Below, piece after piece: positions 26,364 through 40,203 of a stretch of DNA of 64,000 nt. The notes below the pieces were generated by a model. It was not told the origin of the DNA, searched no databases, and was given only the letters and a program-made list of their open reading frames with translations. Origin of the DNA: Mizuhopecten yessoensis (lineage: Eukaryota). Location: positions 2,893,877 through 2,957,876 of the forward strand of contig NW_018407700.1 in NCBI RefSeq assembly GCF_002113885.1. Direction: 5' to 3'. How positions within the stretch are numbered: the first letter of the stretch is position 1; each line of letters starts with the position of its first letter. The position numbers and the translations under genes were made by a program.

Positions 26364-29300
26364 ATGAAAATGGAATTATGTTCTCCATCCCATACATATG
26401 TGAAAAACATCGAAGGTCTACGAAGCTGGACCGAATCACCAGATATATTTGATGACGATACGTACTCAGAACAAGAATCGAAGCCGCCTGAAGACAATAG
26501 AGGAAAAATGGGTAAATTTGAACTTTCAAACCGATTTGAATGCGTCCACACTTACTGTACTTTTTACGTTGTATGCAGGTCGTTTTAAGACGGCTCATCT
26601 TGTTTTGTCCAACTTACAAGTAGACACTCTAGGCCAGGTTCTGGTATTTCTTTCTTTAGACTCTAAGGAAGCAGTACCCAAACAGGATCTAGTCCGTACC
26701 CAAATCGGATCACTTTTTGCAAAAACACTTATAAATAAATAAACGTGACAACAAATCAGTTATAACAATGATTTAGTCTTAGAAAAGATAGCCATACACC
26801 ATTTTTTTGTCTACAGATGACTAGTTTTTAAGTTCAAATAGCACAAGAAAACGTAATTCAAACTTATATGTCAGTGTTTTGATAACGTTTTTAAAAATGG
26901 CGTGTGCGACGACTATGCATACTGTGTTGGACTATAGGAATAAATTCACAATATATAAATATTTTTTGTCATAAAAAGTCTAAAGTTCATCATTCAATGT
27001 TAATATGCTGACAAAAAAAATATTCATTTGAAGCGTAAGATACTGCAAAATTCAAGCCTTGATCCGATTTTGGTCCTGACATTCGCAAAAACCGGAGACG
27101 CTGATTGGTGACTTCAGAGCGTTCTATAAATATCTCACGTGAGTCCCGGGTGCTATTTTCAACTGTAAGAACACCCATCGATATTCTTCCTTTGATACAA
27201 CCATAAATGAATATAATTCCTGCTCAGATTAACAAAATGATGGTTTGGTGATCCGATTTGGGTACTGTCACCTTATACTAGATTAAGGATCTCATATGAA
27301 ATTAAAACGAGTGTGAGATCCTTTTTATCACATAATCAAGATTTGTGGTAATTATTCGTGTAAACTGACAATTTTCATGCAACCTTGAAATGTAAAAAGC
27401 CGCCATTTTGACTCCATTTCGGAAGTCTGTGACGTCATGTACGTGTCATAGGCGTGACGTCACAATATCGAAACAATTGAAACTTACAACCAATCACAGG
27501 GCTGATAGGTCATATCACATGGGTTAATAATGTTCATTGGATAACACAGTACATTATGTGATCAAAATGTCACTGGTTGTTCACTTTTGCGCTGATCCCA
27601 GTTGTGGAAAAAAATTGTTGTCAAACGTTCGCCTATAAATCGAGCTATCTACATTAACTTCACCTGTTTTTTTTATTTAAAAATATTTTATTTGTCATTC
27701 AACAAAAAGGATTAGGCACAAGTTATCTCAACTTAGAAACGCCCTCTTAGATGGCGTTTGGGCTCTCCAATACATTTCACTATATTGATTACATGACAAC
27801 AACAACAAATATATTTTTAATATATATATATATATATATATAATAAAAAGTGATTAAATGTCCATGTGAAGGAAGTAAATATAGAAAAAATAAAATTAAC
27901 GACCGACTATATATATATGAACAAAGAAGAAATGAAGGGAAAAGGGAAGAAAAGGAAATTTAGAAGAATAAGAAAGAGAGATGATAGGATAATACTACTG
28001 ACCTTAAAATCTGTTACTATTTTTAACGTAGGTTTGGACTATATGGAAGATATTTTCATTGTCTTCATCTGACAAGTTTGGAGAACCGTACAGAATAACA
28101 TTTAGAGAAATATTACAATAACGTGAGATATCATCAATCAAAATTTGTCTTTGTCTGATATACAGCATACAATCAAAAAAATAATGGACTGCATTTTCAC
28201 ACTCATTTCCACATGCACACATTGGATCATCAATAATATTAATTCTATACAAATCATAATTTAAACTACTACATGAATGACGCAATCTTGTATGTAAAAT
28301 ATTTAGTTTTCGATTTCCTACATGAAAAAAATAGGCAACAAGTAACCTTGGTTACGCTGAATCGATGATTTAAAAATGTTAACGGGTGGCTGCTCTCTGA
28401 CAGTATTTGGTAAATCGTTCCATAGTCTTATAGAAGAAGGAATAAAGGATTGGAATGAACTAGACAGTCGGAAATTGGGAACAGTGTAGTTTTCAGTATT
28501 TCTCAAGTTGTAGCTATTGCGTTCGCATACTTTAGGAGGAAGAATGTTAGTTAAATAAGAAGGTGTTTGTTTATTATGGAGTTTGTACATTAGGGAAAGT
28601 TTCTTAAGTTTTTTTTCTCTCAGATAGAGGTTCAAGTTGGGATTCTTGATACAGTGATTGTTTACTAGAAAAAGATGGTAGGCCAGTAATAATTCGTGCT
28701 GCTTCAAGCTGAACTTGTTCAAGTTTAGTTAGATCTGCCAGAGAACAACCATCCCAAACTTCACAGGCATATTCAAACACAGGCAACACAAATACTTTAT
28801 ATATTCTTAACAAAGTTTTCCTACTAAACAAAAATTTAAACTTTCGTAGTACTGATACCTTTTTCATGCATGTTTTTTGAATTTCAGAAACATGTAAAGA
28901 CCATTTTGCATCTGCACTAAATATTACGCCTAAATGTTTATGACTTTCAACACAATCTAGAGTCTCAGTACCAAAACAAATCTGTAAAAGGAAGCATATT
29001 TCGCGAATTAGATATTAATAACACATCAGTTTTCTGTTGATTAAATTTAGTAAGCCAATCCCGTGACCATTTGTCAAGTTTTTCCAAACCTCTGTTTACA
29101 CACATTTCAATATCTGCATAAGAAGACGAAGAATACATCAAAGAGGTATCATTAGCAAATAAGCGTGAAATACTATTTAAATTATCAACAATATCATAAA
29201 TATAAACCAAAAATAACAGAGGACCTAACACACTTCCTTGTGGTACACCAGCATTTGTGTAACCTATATTAAAATACACACCTTTAACAAGAACCTGTTG

Positions 29301-32300
29301 TAGTCTGTTTGAAATGTATTTAACCAATGTAGTAAACCATTTCTAATACCATAAGCATGCAATTTATGTAAAAGACCCCTTTGCCAAAATCGGTCAAAAG
29401 CCTTCGATATATCACAAAATATTAGACAAGAATGTTTTTCTTCTTCTAATGAACAACATATATTATGGTAAAATTCTATTAACTGATGGACAGTGGAATG
29501 ATGAATCATAAAACTAGATTGTTTTTCGTAAAATAAAGAATGATCAAGGAAAAAATATAGATGTGTTTAAATACAACTCTTTCAAAAACCTTACCTATAC
29601 AAGACAACAAAGTAATTGGTCGGTAATTTGACACCAAGTGTCTATCACCCTTTTTGAACAGAGGTAAAATAATACCCTGTTTCCATATTTCAGGAAATTT
29701 TCCATATTTCAGGAAATTTCCATATTTCAGGGAATACTGTTTAAGTTTGTCCCTAAAGATGTATGTAATGTAACATGAGAAAACCTCTGCCTACCTCTTG
29801 TATTCTGCAGGTTAGTCAACTTAACTAAAAAAAATCAAAAAAAATCTAGGAAATGGCACAATGTGACAAAATAAATATCATCACATTTCTAAAAAACAAA
29901 TAAGAGATATTAGTACAAATAGGTATCTTAATGAATAAATTATTAGATTTATCAGAAATATTGTCTTGAAACGAAAAAAAGTATTTCAAAAGTTTTCAGT
30001 TATTTTCATGAAATGACTTATATGGTGGGGTTTTCTATTAAGGGCACTTAACATGTTAAAACTTCCAAGTGAACCTGACTCAGCTAAATGAAAAGCTTCA
30101 GGTATAAGGCATCTGTTGTTTCGATATAATTAAAAAATGACTGTTTCAGAGACTAAGTCGGAAAATGAAATGACTCTTTTCACTTAAATAAATTAATGGG
30201 ATTATTATTACGAGAATTGGAATATATATAAAATGAAAATGATATTTACTCTTTGTGACTGTTAACAATATCCAAATAGACATTCAACTTTTGATATCTT
30301 GTAAATTCTAAGATATTTTATACATATTTTTTGCAGTTTGGAGTATTTTAATTCTTAACAAATATATGACTGATATGTTAGATTTCTCGCACATCAGACA
30401 GATATATTCGACGTCATTCCCCAGGCTAAATTGTCTTTCTTTCTTCCATACTAGACCGAGAAATTCGCATTTCCTGCGATGCTGATAAATTCTATCCGAC
30501 CTACGCTTACATGCGTTGCCTGGCAGGAGAATTATAGTGACCAAAGGTCACGCTATTCATTTTGTGACGTTTTGGTGTCAGTCAGGGTCATTGACGTCAT
30601 TAATAAATGCCATCCGGTCTTCATACGCAAATGAAAAATGTCCAGACAGTTTACAACTTTACTGGGAGAGCAGCTGTTTTTACGGTTTTAGGTAATAGGC
30701 CTAAGCACGAAATATAATCCATCCCTGAGAAGGAGACCCGTGGCTCTTCTGCTCAATATTTCACCCCGGGGGTTTGAATTACCATACCTCACATCAGGGA
30801 TGGATTCTATTATTCTCGTCCGATATGTCTGGTACCTTTACATGACTTTTCGTGGATTTCTTACACTGCGATGTAGTCACCCACTCGTTAACGGCTAAGA
30901 TTATATAACATCCCAATCTCGGCTTATGCCTCGATTGGGATTATAATACAGAATCTTAGCCCTCGACTGATATAACTCGATCTCGCTCAGTTACAGGTTA
31001 TATATTCTATTAATTTCACTAGTTACCGCAATGTTCTAGTTACGTACTTGTATATATATCGTGATGATCCAGTTACCGTGATGTATCAGTAACTATGATG
31101 TACCAGTTATCGCGATAACCCAGTTATTGTGATGAACCAGTTATCGTGTTATTCCAGTTATTGTGATGTACCAGTTTTCGTGATATACCAATGAATCATG
31201 CGTACCCGTACAGGTCGACGAACTATTTTTTAAACGAGTTTGAGGGACGTATGTAATGCGGATAGATTTTTATTTAGTTGCAGGCAGTAATTTCTTTTGG
31301 AGAAATGACTACACAAGAAATTTCAGGCAAGCGATAGTTAATCCTCGTGATCTGAGTGTTTAAATCAATGCTAAAAAGTTAAAAAAAAAAAATATATTTT
31401 TATTTTACAAAAATTATGAAACAAGTTATTTCAGCTTATATCAATCACTCTTGTTGGCCCGGAATTTAGCGCGCGGGGCTCTTAGTGTGGGAGGAAACCG
31501 GAGTACCCGCAGAAAACCCACGTGATCGCGCAGGTGACCCTATTCCGGCTTTGCGTATTGCAGAGTTATCTTGTGAGCAGGTATTGCTTGTTGAGTCATT
31601 GGTTTGTGAGAGTAACGTCATCACTTTTTGAGAAAACGACGACATTTTCTCACACAAACCAATTACGTAACAATCAATACGCAAAGACGGAATACCTTAC
31701 CACGTGCGTTTTTTCCGGGTACTCCGGTTTCCTCCCACATAAGTTAAATAATTGATCGTAACGCCTCAAGTGTTTACGCGAAAGCTCCTCTTCAATTTTA
31801 GCCAACAACCCTTCGACAGCTCCTTTATTGATACCAATAAACACACGGTCTCAATTTTTGGTGACTTTGTGAGAGTAAAACATATCTCTCGGGCATTTCT
31901 ATGAATTATGAATTACTATGTTAATCAATGAATTATTAGATCTTGTTTTTGTTTTGTCGTTTTAGATGCAAAAGCTCGAAATAGAATACGAAATTGTATG
32001 AATGCCTTCGTAAACTTTACGAAAAAAGTCCGACCGTATTACAAGTCCAAGTACCCAACAGAGTCGTTCTACGGGACCACGAGACGGTAAAACCCGGATC
32101 ACGAAACTAGATACAGATTTTCAAGTTAAAATGTGTAGCAAATCATTTTTCAATTAAGTACTACAACAAAATACACCTTTAACTAAAATCGAAAAGAAAT
32201 TTTGTCATCATTTATTATTTAACAAAGTTTCGAATAATTTTCTGGAAAACACTCATGTTCCAAAATACATTCACGACCCCTTGACCCGGCAACTCGATGA

Positions 32301-35300
32301 CACAAACATGATATTTTAATGAATTTCATATAGCTATACATCATTATAACATGTCATTCAATAAAATCATGATCAATATATCATAATGATGACATATACA
32401 TTGTTTTGCTCATATATGTTTTTTTAGAACACACGTACGTATATCATTGAATATAAATATATTAAATTGCACATTATATGTATTGCAAATTTTGTTTTAT
32501 TACACATATTCATTTTTTTGCTCATAATATTTTAATTTTATCATAATTTTTATTGAACATATTTTTGATTGGACGTCCATATATATAATGCAAATATATT
32601 TACTTCTATTAAATACAAATACAAAATATTGCATATATATTTACAATTGTTGAATAGAGACACGAAATATTGAATATATTTACAATTATAACATACAAAT
32701 ATAAATCAATTTACATTTATTGCAAAAAAAAAAAAAATCAACCATGCGTTAAGAAAATATTGAATTTTGCAAAGTTTGACATGTCATGTGTGAATTTGAT
32801 TTCACAAATTTTATTTGCTCCAAATATCAATCTAGACCTTATGGTAGAGTTGATGCCTGATGTTCTTGTTAAGATACTCTTACATGGTTCTGATACAATA
32901 AACGAAGCCTCAAACAAAATAATTTTTGATCTTGAGATTCTAAATGTCTCCGTTTCTATCTCTCTTCTTTCTTTTCTCTTCCCCTTTCCTTTCTGTAATT
33001 GTGTGGGTGTCTAAGTGAAAGCGTGTGAATAGGTGTCATATATGTTTCATATAGATCTGTGTCATATTTAGTCATTGTACATATTGTATTGTTTTGTTAC
33101 ATGTTGAGGAAAGCATCTAGTAGCCCCCGGGCTGTATGCAATCCTCGCTACAGAAATACATAATTAAACCAGATTTTTTATATTCTAGGATCGGACAACA
33201 TTGGGCTTCTTTTTCTGCAAGCGAAAAGGAAAGGTATATTTCCGCAACTGCGGAATCAAGACCTGGTATTGTTGAAATGAAACCACTACATAATGGAAAG
33301 TCAAGACATGGTAACGTCACAGTTGGGTCAAGACATGGCATTGTTGAAGAACAGCCACGAGTGAGTGCCGACTCAAGGCATGTTAACGTCACAGCTGGAC
33401 CAAGACATGGCATTGCTGAAGAACAGTCACGAATGAGTGCCAACTCAAGGCATGGTAACGTCACAACTGGACCAAGACATGGCATTGTTGAAGAACAGTC
33501 ACGCGTGAGTGCCGACTCAAGGCATGGTAACGTCACAGCTGGACCAAGACATGGCATTGCTGAAGAACAGTCACGAGTAAGTGCCGACTCAGGACATGGT
33601 AACGTCACAGCTGGACCAAGACATGGCATTGCTGAAGAACAGTCTCGAGTGAGTGCCGACTCAAGGCATGGTAACGTCACAACTGGACCAAAACATGACA
33701 TTGCTGAAGAACAGTCAAGAATGAGTGACGGGTCGAGGTATGGTAACGTCACAGCTGGGCCAAGACATGGCATTGCTGAAGAACAGTCACGAATGAGTGC
33801 CAACTCAAGGCATGGTAACGTCACAACTGGACCAAAACATGACATTGCTGAAGAGCAGTCAAGAATGAGTGACGGGTCGAGGCATCGCAACACAGCTGGA
33901 CCAAAACATGGTATTGTTGAAGTAATGTCACGAGTGAGTACCGAGTCGAGGCATGGTAACGTCATAGCTGGACCAAGACATGACATTCCTGAAGTGAGGT
34001 CACTAGTTATTGCCGACTCAAGGCATAGTAACGTCACAGCTGGGCCAAGACATGGTATTGCCGAAGTACAGTCACGAGTGAGTACCGACTCGAGGCATGG
34101 TAACGTCAAAGCTGGACCAGGACATGGTATTGCTAAAGTGAGGCCATTAGTTAGTGCCGACTCAAGGCATGGTAATGTCACAGCTGGACCAAGACATGGT
34201 ATTGCTGAAGTAAAGTCACGAGTGAGTGCCGACTCAAGGCATGGTGCCGGTGGTAAGTGAAATTAAGTACAAGTCGATGTTGAGCCCAACGGCAACCATG
34301 GAACAAATAAGGTTGAGTTATTCAAGAACCGAGAAATAACAGTAGGAATAAGTCAATCATAAGTTATGACATCATACCAAACGGACAGTTATAATGCTTC
34401 AGTCACATTTGCGCCGGCCGCCGACCAGGAAGTATAGGAATCGGCCGGCTTCCCGGGGACTGTTATAAGCCTTGAGTATGGTCACATCAGATACGGGCAC
34501 CGCACGGCCCCCGCAAAACAAATGCCGGATTAAATCGAACGGACATCTGAAGGATATCGTAGGGAGCCCAAAAGACTATCGCAAGGATACCGCAAGGCTA
34601 TCTGACGATGGATGGGTTGTCGTACGGTGGCCGGGGAATGCTGGTGTAACGGGCGGGATACGTACGTAGCCCGTACGATATAAAGGGAGGCACACAAGTC
34701 AGCACCTAGCTCGTCCGTGAGAAAATGGCGCCTGCAGATGTCCGTATGTGTTTGAGGACATCGAGCGGCTACCTTATGATGGCCGTACGGCACTCGGCAG
34801 GACATCGGGCGGTCTACAGTAAACCTGGGAGCATGAAAAATTGTACAAAATCCCAAGATGACCGGACGATGCTACCGGGAGCCGTAAGATAATCTTAGGA
34901 AATCATTGCAGGACACTTATGGGAGACTGCCGGGTAGGTTCCGATAAGTTTGGGTCAGAAAAAATCGGGGGGACACCGGCAACTTCTATCTCCGCGCTAA
35001 AATCTCCCGGCGACCCATGTTGCGTCTAAAAGTCGGCCGATAGTGGCCGATAATCTCCGGGCGTCCTTATATAATTACGATTCCCCGGCTTGTCGACCGG
35101 TTTTGGCAAAAAAACTCATCGCCCGGGCGCCTTTTCGGAAATCGGCGTAAATGTGACTGAAACAGTAGGCGGAGTCTTTCTTGATCAAAGACATGCATGA
35201 TGCATGGTACCAGTACGGTTGAGTCATTTTTAAATCAAAATGTTAAACCAGACATATGTATTGGTTATAAGAGTTTGAACATTAAGCACGAATCCGAAAC

Positions 35301-38300
35301 TGATGTACGAATCCGAATCGAATAGGAGTAATTATTGTTCACTTTGTATCAACACTACACCAGAGAAGTATATACGAACCACAGATAAATCAAATATGGT
35401 TTAATGTGCAACTTAACTGCCAAAGACGTCCTTAATAATATTGAATTACCATATTAACGATTTATTGGATACTAGTTATGACTCATTATTTCTACCAAAC
35501 AGATAAGGATATGGTTACCGATTCGGATTAATGCTAAATGCGAAAACTCTTACAAGCACATAGTCACTAGTCATGTACTTCTGAACAAATAGTTAGTGCT
35601 GAAAAGGGTAAGTGGCAACATGGGCTCCAGACGTGGTGCCAGGTAATACTGATAGTGTTACCAGTAAATATGATTATTTCTTGGTCTAAACATTGTTCAA
35701 GCATTTAATCGTCAATCATCATATATACGACATCCGTGATATGTTTTTCTGTACGATATTTCTATCTGTGCAAATCAATAACATTGCATCCGTTTTACAT
35801 CAAGTTCAACACATTTAAAAAAGGCGTTTCAATTACCATCGATTTGTATTATTGCTTATATTGCCAACGTCGTTTAAAAATATTAGCAACATATTGTATA
35901 TGACAAAAAACGTATAATATGACCATTTACACATGCACCATACACTGTATCAATTCGCGATCCATATCGGCCCGAAGTCTAAACTTGATACGGATATGAA
36001 TTTGGAAATGGTTGTATGATAATCGTGTATTGAACTTTATCACAGCAGTTCCGGAAATAGAGTTATATCTGAGTAAAAACATGGCACTGGTAAGTAACAC
36101 TGTCTCTCTACTGAATTATTTTTATTCCAATTGTGTTGTTTGCTCTTCTTCTCTTCCTACAGATAACTCGTCAAACGTGGGAATTTCATGCATGTATGGA
36201 CGGACCGGTGGTAATCAGTCGCATACACCTCCCACTGACCACAAGATAAAGTCTAGATACAAGAGTTCATATACTTCAGATGCATTAAACTGGACATACG
36301 AGCGGGCTGCTACATCTCCAGTACAAGTAAGCCTATATTTTATTGTTGTGGGCAGTGATAGGGGGAACATGTGAGTATGCTTGTAGTGAGCGCAATGAAA
36401 ACATTAAACACACATTTAACCAATCAGTCAAGTTATAACGTTCATTTTCGAATTTCAACCGTTTTGATGTTTTCAATGTTTTTGCTGTCCGTATCTGAGA
36501 ACTTCCTTTCTAATTTTGAATATGAATAATAGCAAATTTCGTTTTAGATCTTAACACTACAATATCAATATTAAAAAATGATGAGCAGATAGCACGAGTA
36601 CATTGAGCGGAAAACGATAACAACAGATTACTATTCTCGTCATTGGACGAACATAATGTTTATATTTGCTGTCGATTACACACGTACTATTGTTCTTTAT
36701 TGCGTGAAAGCAGAACAAAAAGAGCGGACGAAACGATGTCACGAGAAGACATATATGCTGTCATGTTGTGATTTTTATAAACATCAGATGCCACAACTTA
36801 AAATATTTGAAGCTCATATTTTGTTTTCTTTTGACCAGTAGAATACAATCGACGAGGCCTCTCCAAAAAGGAGTTAATCTAGGTCATATCATATAGGACT
36901 ATATCTATCATATACAATTAACCAGGAATAAATACGAATATTATGAAATAATGGCTACAAAGCCATACTTATGTGTGTGACTTAAAGTGTATTGTTATGT
37001 GATAAAATAACCTGTAACAATGTCAAATAATGAAAATTTTATATAAAACGTCTGAAGATTTGTTGAACACTATAATAAGTTTCGCCTGGTATGTAATGAA
37101 TGTGCATACTCTTCGTTTCTAAATGATTTTCTTTGTTTCCGTTGTAGATTGATCAAGTCTCTCATGTTAATCTCTCCCGCTCTCAAGTGCTACATGAAGC
37201 TTCCTCAGTACCGAATGAAACACAACCTGATTTCTTTTCTTGTGCTCACGATACGATTGCAGGAGATTCTAATCACCTCAAAGTCAATACCTCACTTGTG
37301 GCATCAACGGAAGACGTCACCAGAGGTTGCCGCGAATCAGAAATCATAACAGACGGGAAACGTTGTCCTCGAACTTTATCCGACCCCAGGGGAAGTTCTG
37401 AAGCAAGTATAACTTTAAGAGACAAAATTCCTGTGTTAGCACCCCCTCCAACGTGTACATCAATCACTGTCGGCCTAGGCTGGGAGTATGCCGGAACATC
37501 TTTTGCAAATGTGGTTTACAAATCAAGTAACAGCAGCAATGCAAAATGGTCACAGTTGCCAAACTTTGATGGCAACAATGTGTGTACATCTGTTTCTTCT
37601 TCTTGTGTAAGGAGTCATATTGACTCTAAGTGCAATGACAGAAACGATCCTGTTAACTCAAAGGCGACTGAGAAACAGAAAATGTGCAGGAGGAATGAAT
37701 CTAATAGTGCAGCAAATAGTAAAAAAGAAAGAACAAAAGACGGAGGGGTTTCAAAATTAAGAGCTAAACGCATTCAACCAAAGTCTCCGAGAGCTTGCTC
37801 CGCTATCGGTTCAAATCAGGACAGTCAAATGACTGGATCAATACTGTTCAACTCAGGAATCAAGATGCAGTATAGAAAAATACTTCCTAAGCCGTTAAAT
37901 GTAACAGTTGAAAAACCAGCAGATCCAAACATAGAATCGTTGGATCAAAATCCAATACAAGAGGTGGATTTTAAGCAATCATTCAAGATAAAAGATGAAA
38001 TGAACCAAGAAGGCGTCTTACTTGCTCCTCGTGATGAGACAACAATTGAAAGTGTGCATTTAGATTCTAGAAAGCAGAATAAATTTGAGAAATCAATAAA
38101 ACTATCGCGTCCAAAAGACGAAGTCTTTGCGTCGATTAAGAGGTTCATAAGGGAGACAGATGATCCAAAGCAATCTACGCAGGGTCAACCAACAGAGAAA
38201 TATAAGAAATTCAGCAATGAGGACACGAATTGTACCACGAGGTGGGATGGGAAGGAAGATCTGAAGATCAGGGGACCTCCTATATGCAAAACCTTTGGTT

Positions 38301-40203
38301 TGAAAGAAGATAAATCAGCAGCGATTTCCATTTGCGAAAAGCAGAAATACAAAGTTCTTATTACCAGAGGGACAGACTGGGATATATTGCCAATTAAACA
38401 TAAATCACCTGTACCAAATCTAGTATCCATATTTTCTCTGCAACCGGAAGTTAACCTACGGGAGAAAAATGATACGAATGGCAGCAGCGATGAGAGTCTG
38501 GGAGGTAAGTCAGGAGTGCTAGTAACGTCAATAGGATAAGTCTAGGTGTTTTAGGGATGAAGATAACTGGGAGTCGTCTGGAAGATATTCTTAGGTTTCA
38601 GGAAGGTATATAAAATGTTGTCGGGAAGGTGTGTTTAGGGGTGTCAGGAAGGTATTCCAGGGGCAGTGAGAAAGCTCAGATCATTTAAAGACGTATCTCC
38701 ATGCGTGTAATGTATGGCGGCATGATGACGTTTGACCTCCTGCAGTCCTTGTGAAAGCGCGGATCTGATGCCGACTTTAGAGTGCTACCTCAGTGAAACA
38801 TCATGCCAGAGGCTTGCATCTAGCACAGTATTCAACATATTACATTTTTCGTTAACCGAAAGCAATAAAGAACACCCTTATGCGTACCTTCCTGATATCC
38901 CTAGACATACCGGGACGCATCAAAGTACTAGTTGCTATTCTCTGCTGAACGTCCAGCATTTAGGCTAATCACGACTGGTTTGACCATTATTAGTATAATG
39001 TAACTACTTCTGTTTAGAAAATACTTATAAAACAAAAATCTAAATAAATATGAAGTTACGATTAGCCAAGGGCGCATGAGTTTGAATTGATCTTTATGTT
39101 GTGTAGACATGGACTTTCTGATGGAGGGATGTGACTCACCCATGTGGTTCTCATCGGGAAGTAGTGGAGCAGCCAGTCCTCCGTGTGCTAGTAATACAGG
39201 TATGTTACTTAAGTCGAAGACATAGTGTACGTACTTTAATGCTGTCAGTGATGTGTTAGCATTGTGTGTAACGAGACATGAACAGAGAGATATTGAAAAA
39301 GTTGTGTTTTGTACGAGTCACTTTTATCTCATTATTCTATGTAAACAACCTAACACGCACCATTGCACGGAAGTCATAATACATTTTATGCACAGTTAAG
39401 TATATAAAAGTCAATTTTATTGTACGATGATTGTGATATTTGGCATGGAGAGTCAGGAGGGGTCAAACATTGTTTTACGGAAGTCAGAAGGAAGATTTCT
39501 GTCTCAATTATTGTTCACATTGAACGTATATTTTCAGATACCATTTGAAAAATGGGAGCTCTGCTGTTCTACAATAGCTATTGTTTAATAAATATTTGCA
39601 TTGTGTTCAGTTTTCTTTACACAAACCATTTAGGAATTTCGATTTGTAAGATTCTCTCTGAATGATTGGCCAACCCCGTTAAAATAAATAGATCACTATA
39701 AATATTCTATTTGCTAATTATCTGTGACATTACACACGGGCGTTCTGGTTGGCTGGGCTTTTGTAAGACACTTCACTACCATTACGAGTGTCCAGTTTAT
39801 TGTTCCTTAACGATTTCTGTTGAAAACTCGGTATATTTACAAAAATGTATATTAAAAAAGACGATATCTTTACTAACGGACATAATTATGGAGGTTATTT
39901 CAGATCGCTACCCTAATCATGTTTTGATATTTCGTAGACTTGACAGACCGTACTGTTGGAGACTGTACTGAAGCACTCATCATCCACCCCGTTGTTTCAC
40001 AGCTGCTCCAGACAGATTGCTCTTCAAGTGTTGATGACACAAATTCTTCGGACAGTTTGCAGCAGTTGCAGAAAGGTTATTGTATTGGTTCACCGTCTCA
40101 TAAGTCAGTCATTAAAAATGTGTCTGATACAAGCCCGAACGGACCAGGAACACCAACTCAATCTGACGATATCATAGCCATGCAGAGTTTATATCACTGT
40201 TAA
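26364..40203 (+). CDS. Divergent HMG-box protein with internal 24-aa tandem repeat and long low-complexity tail, ~1070 aa
   Basis: Exons 26364-26511, 31966-32086, 33189-34252, 36163-36326, 37148-38504, 39107-39199, 39938-40203 (3213 nt, phases consistent). Spliced HMG box: RIRNCMNAFVNFTKKVRPYYKSKYPTESFYGTTRRIGQHWASFSASEKERYISATAESR. Exon 1 is the least certain. Confidence 0.75.
26664..27275. mobile_element. MITE (~610 bp) with TIR TAAGG..GCAGTACCCAAA.CGGATC
   Basis: Left TAAGGAAGCAGTACCCAAACAGGATC with a second GTACCCAAATCGGATCAC; right GTGATCCGATTTGGGTACTGTCACCTTA. Confidence 0.65.
27667..29745 (-). mobile_element. 5'-truncated CR1/L2-clade LINE with frameshifted RT ORF2
   Basis: ORF pieces DISKAFD, GVPQGSVLGPLLFLVYI, LFANDT, VFEYACEVWDGC, FIPSSIRLWNDLP, CACGNECENAVHYFFDC. 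A 3' UTR with AATAAA and poly(A) ends at 27667. Confidence 0.92.
30713..31005. repeat. Two short hairpin/foldback elements (30716-30812; 30893-30961)
   Basis: AATCCATCCCTGA...TCAGGGATGGATT; GGCTAAGATT..ATCCCAATC..GGC TTAT GCC..GATTGGGAT..AATCTTAGCC. Confidence 0.55.
31069..31190. repeat. 17-bp minisatellite (CCAGTTATCGTGATGTA), ~7 copies
   Basis: Direct periodicity. Confidence 0.8.
31486..31739. mobile_element. Foldback element whose ~39-bp arms are a SINE-core-like motif
   Basis: TGTGGGAGGAAACCGGAGTACCCGCAGAAAACCCACGTG ... CACGTGCGTTTTTTCCGGGTACTCCGGTTTCCTCCCACA. Confidence 0.65.
32855..33175 (+). mobile_element. Short 3' fragment of a CR1/L2-type LINE abutting the exon-3 acceptor of the HMG gene
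   Basis: VKILLHGSDTINEASNKIIF resembles the C-terminus of the 28004-28285 LINE piece (VILYGSPNLSDEDNENIF); followed by a pyrimidine-rich UTR and tail. Confidence 0.5.
33301..34245 (+). repeat. Coding 72-bp tandem repeat (RHGNVTAGPRHGIAEEQSRVSADS), ~13 copies
   Basis: Inside exon 33189-34252; frame preserved, with one 23-aa unit. Confidence 0.95.
34396..35163. mobile_element. GC-rich MITE (~770 bp), possibly PIF/Harbinger-like
   Basis: TIRs GCTTCAGTCACATTTGCGCCG / CGGCGTAAATGTGACTGAAAC; sharp GC rise against the flanks. Confidence 0.75.

Noticed and set aside
25453-30600. Other TGACGTCA sites (~25453, 25481, 27430, 27455, 30592) as promoters
   Set aside because: They lie in repeat-like or intronic sequence with no adjacent gene start; their frequency also lowers confidence in the CRE clusters reported.
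33117-34181. 354-aa Cys-rich minus-strand ORF
   Set aside because: Antisense shadow of the 72-bp repeat; the plus frame splices in phase and completes an HMG box.
34472-34856. GC-rich ORFs suggesting foreign DNA
   Set aside because: Enclosed by TIRs, with no protein motif; MITE interior.
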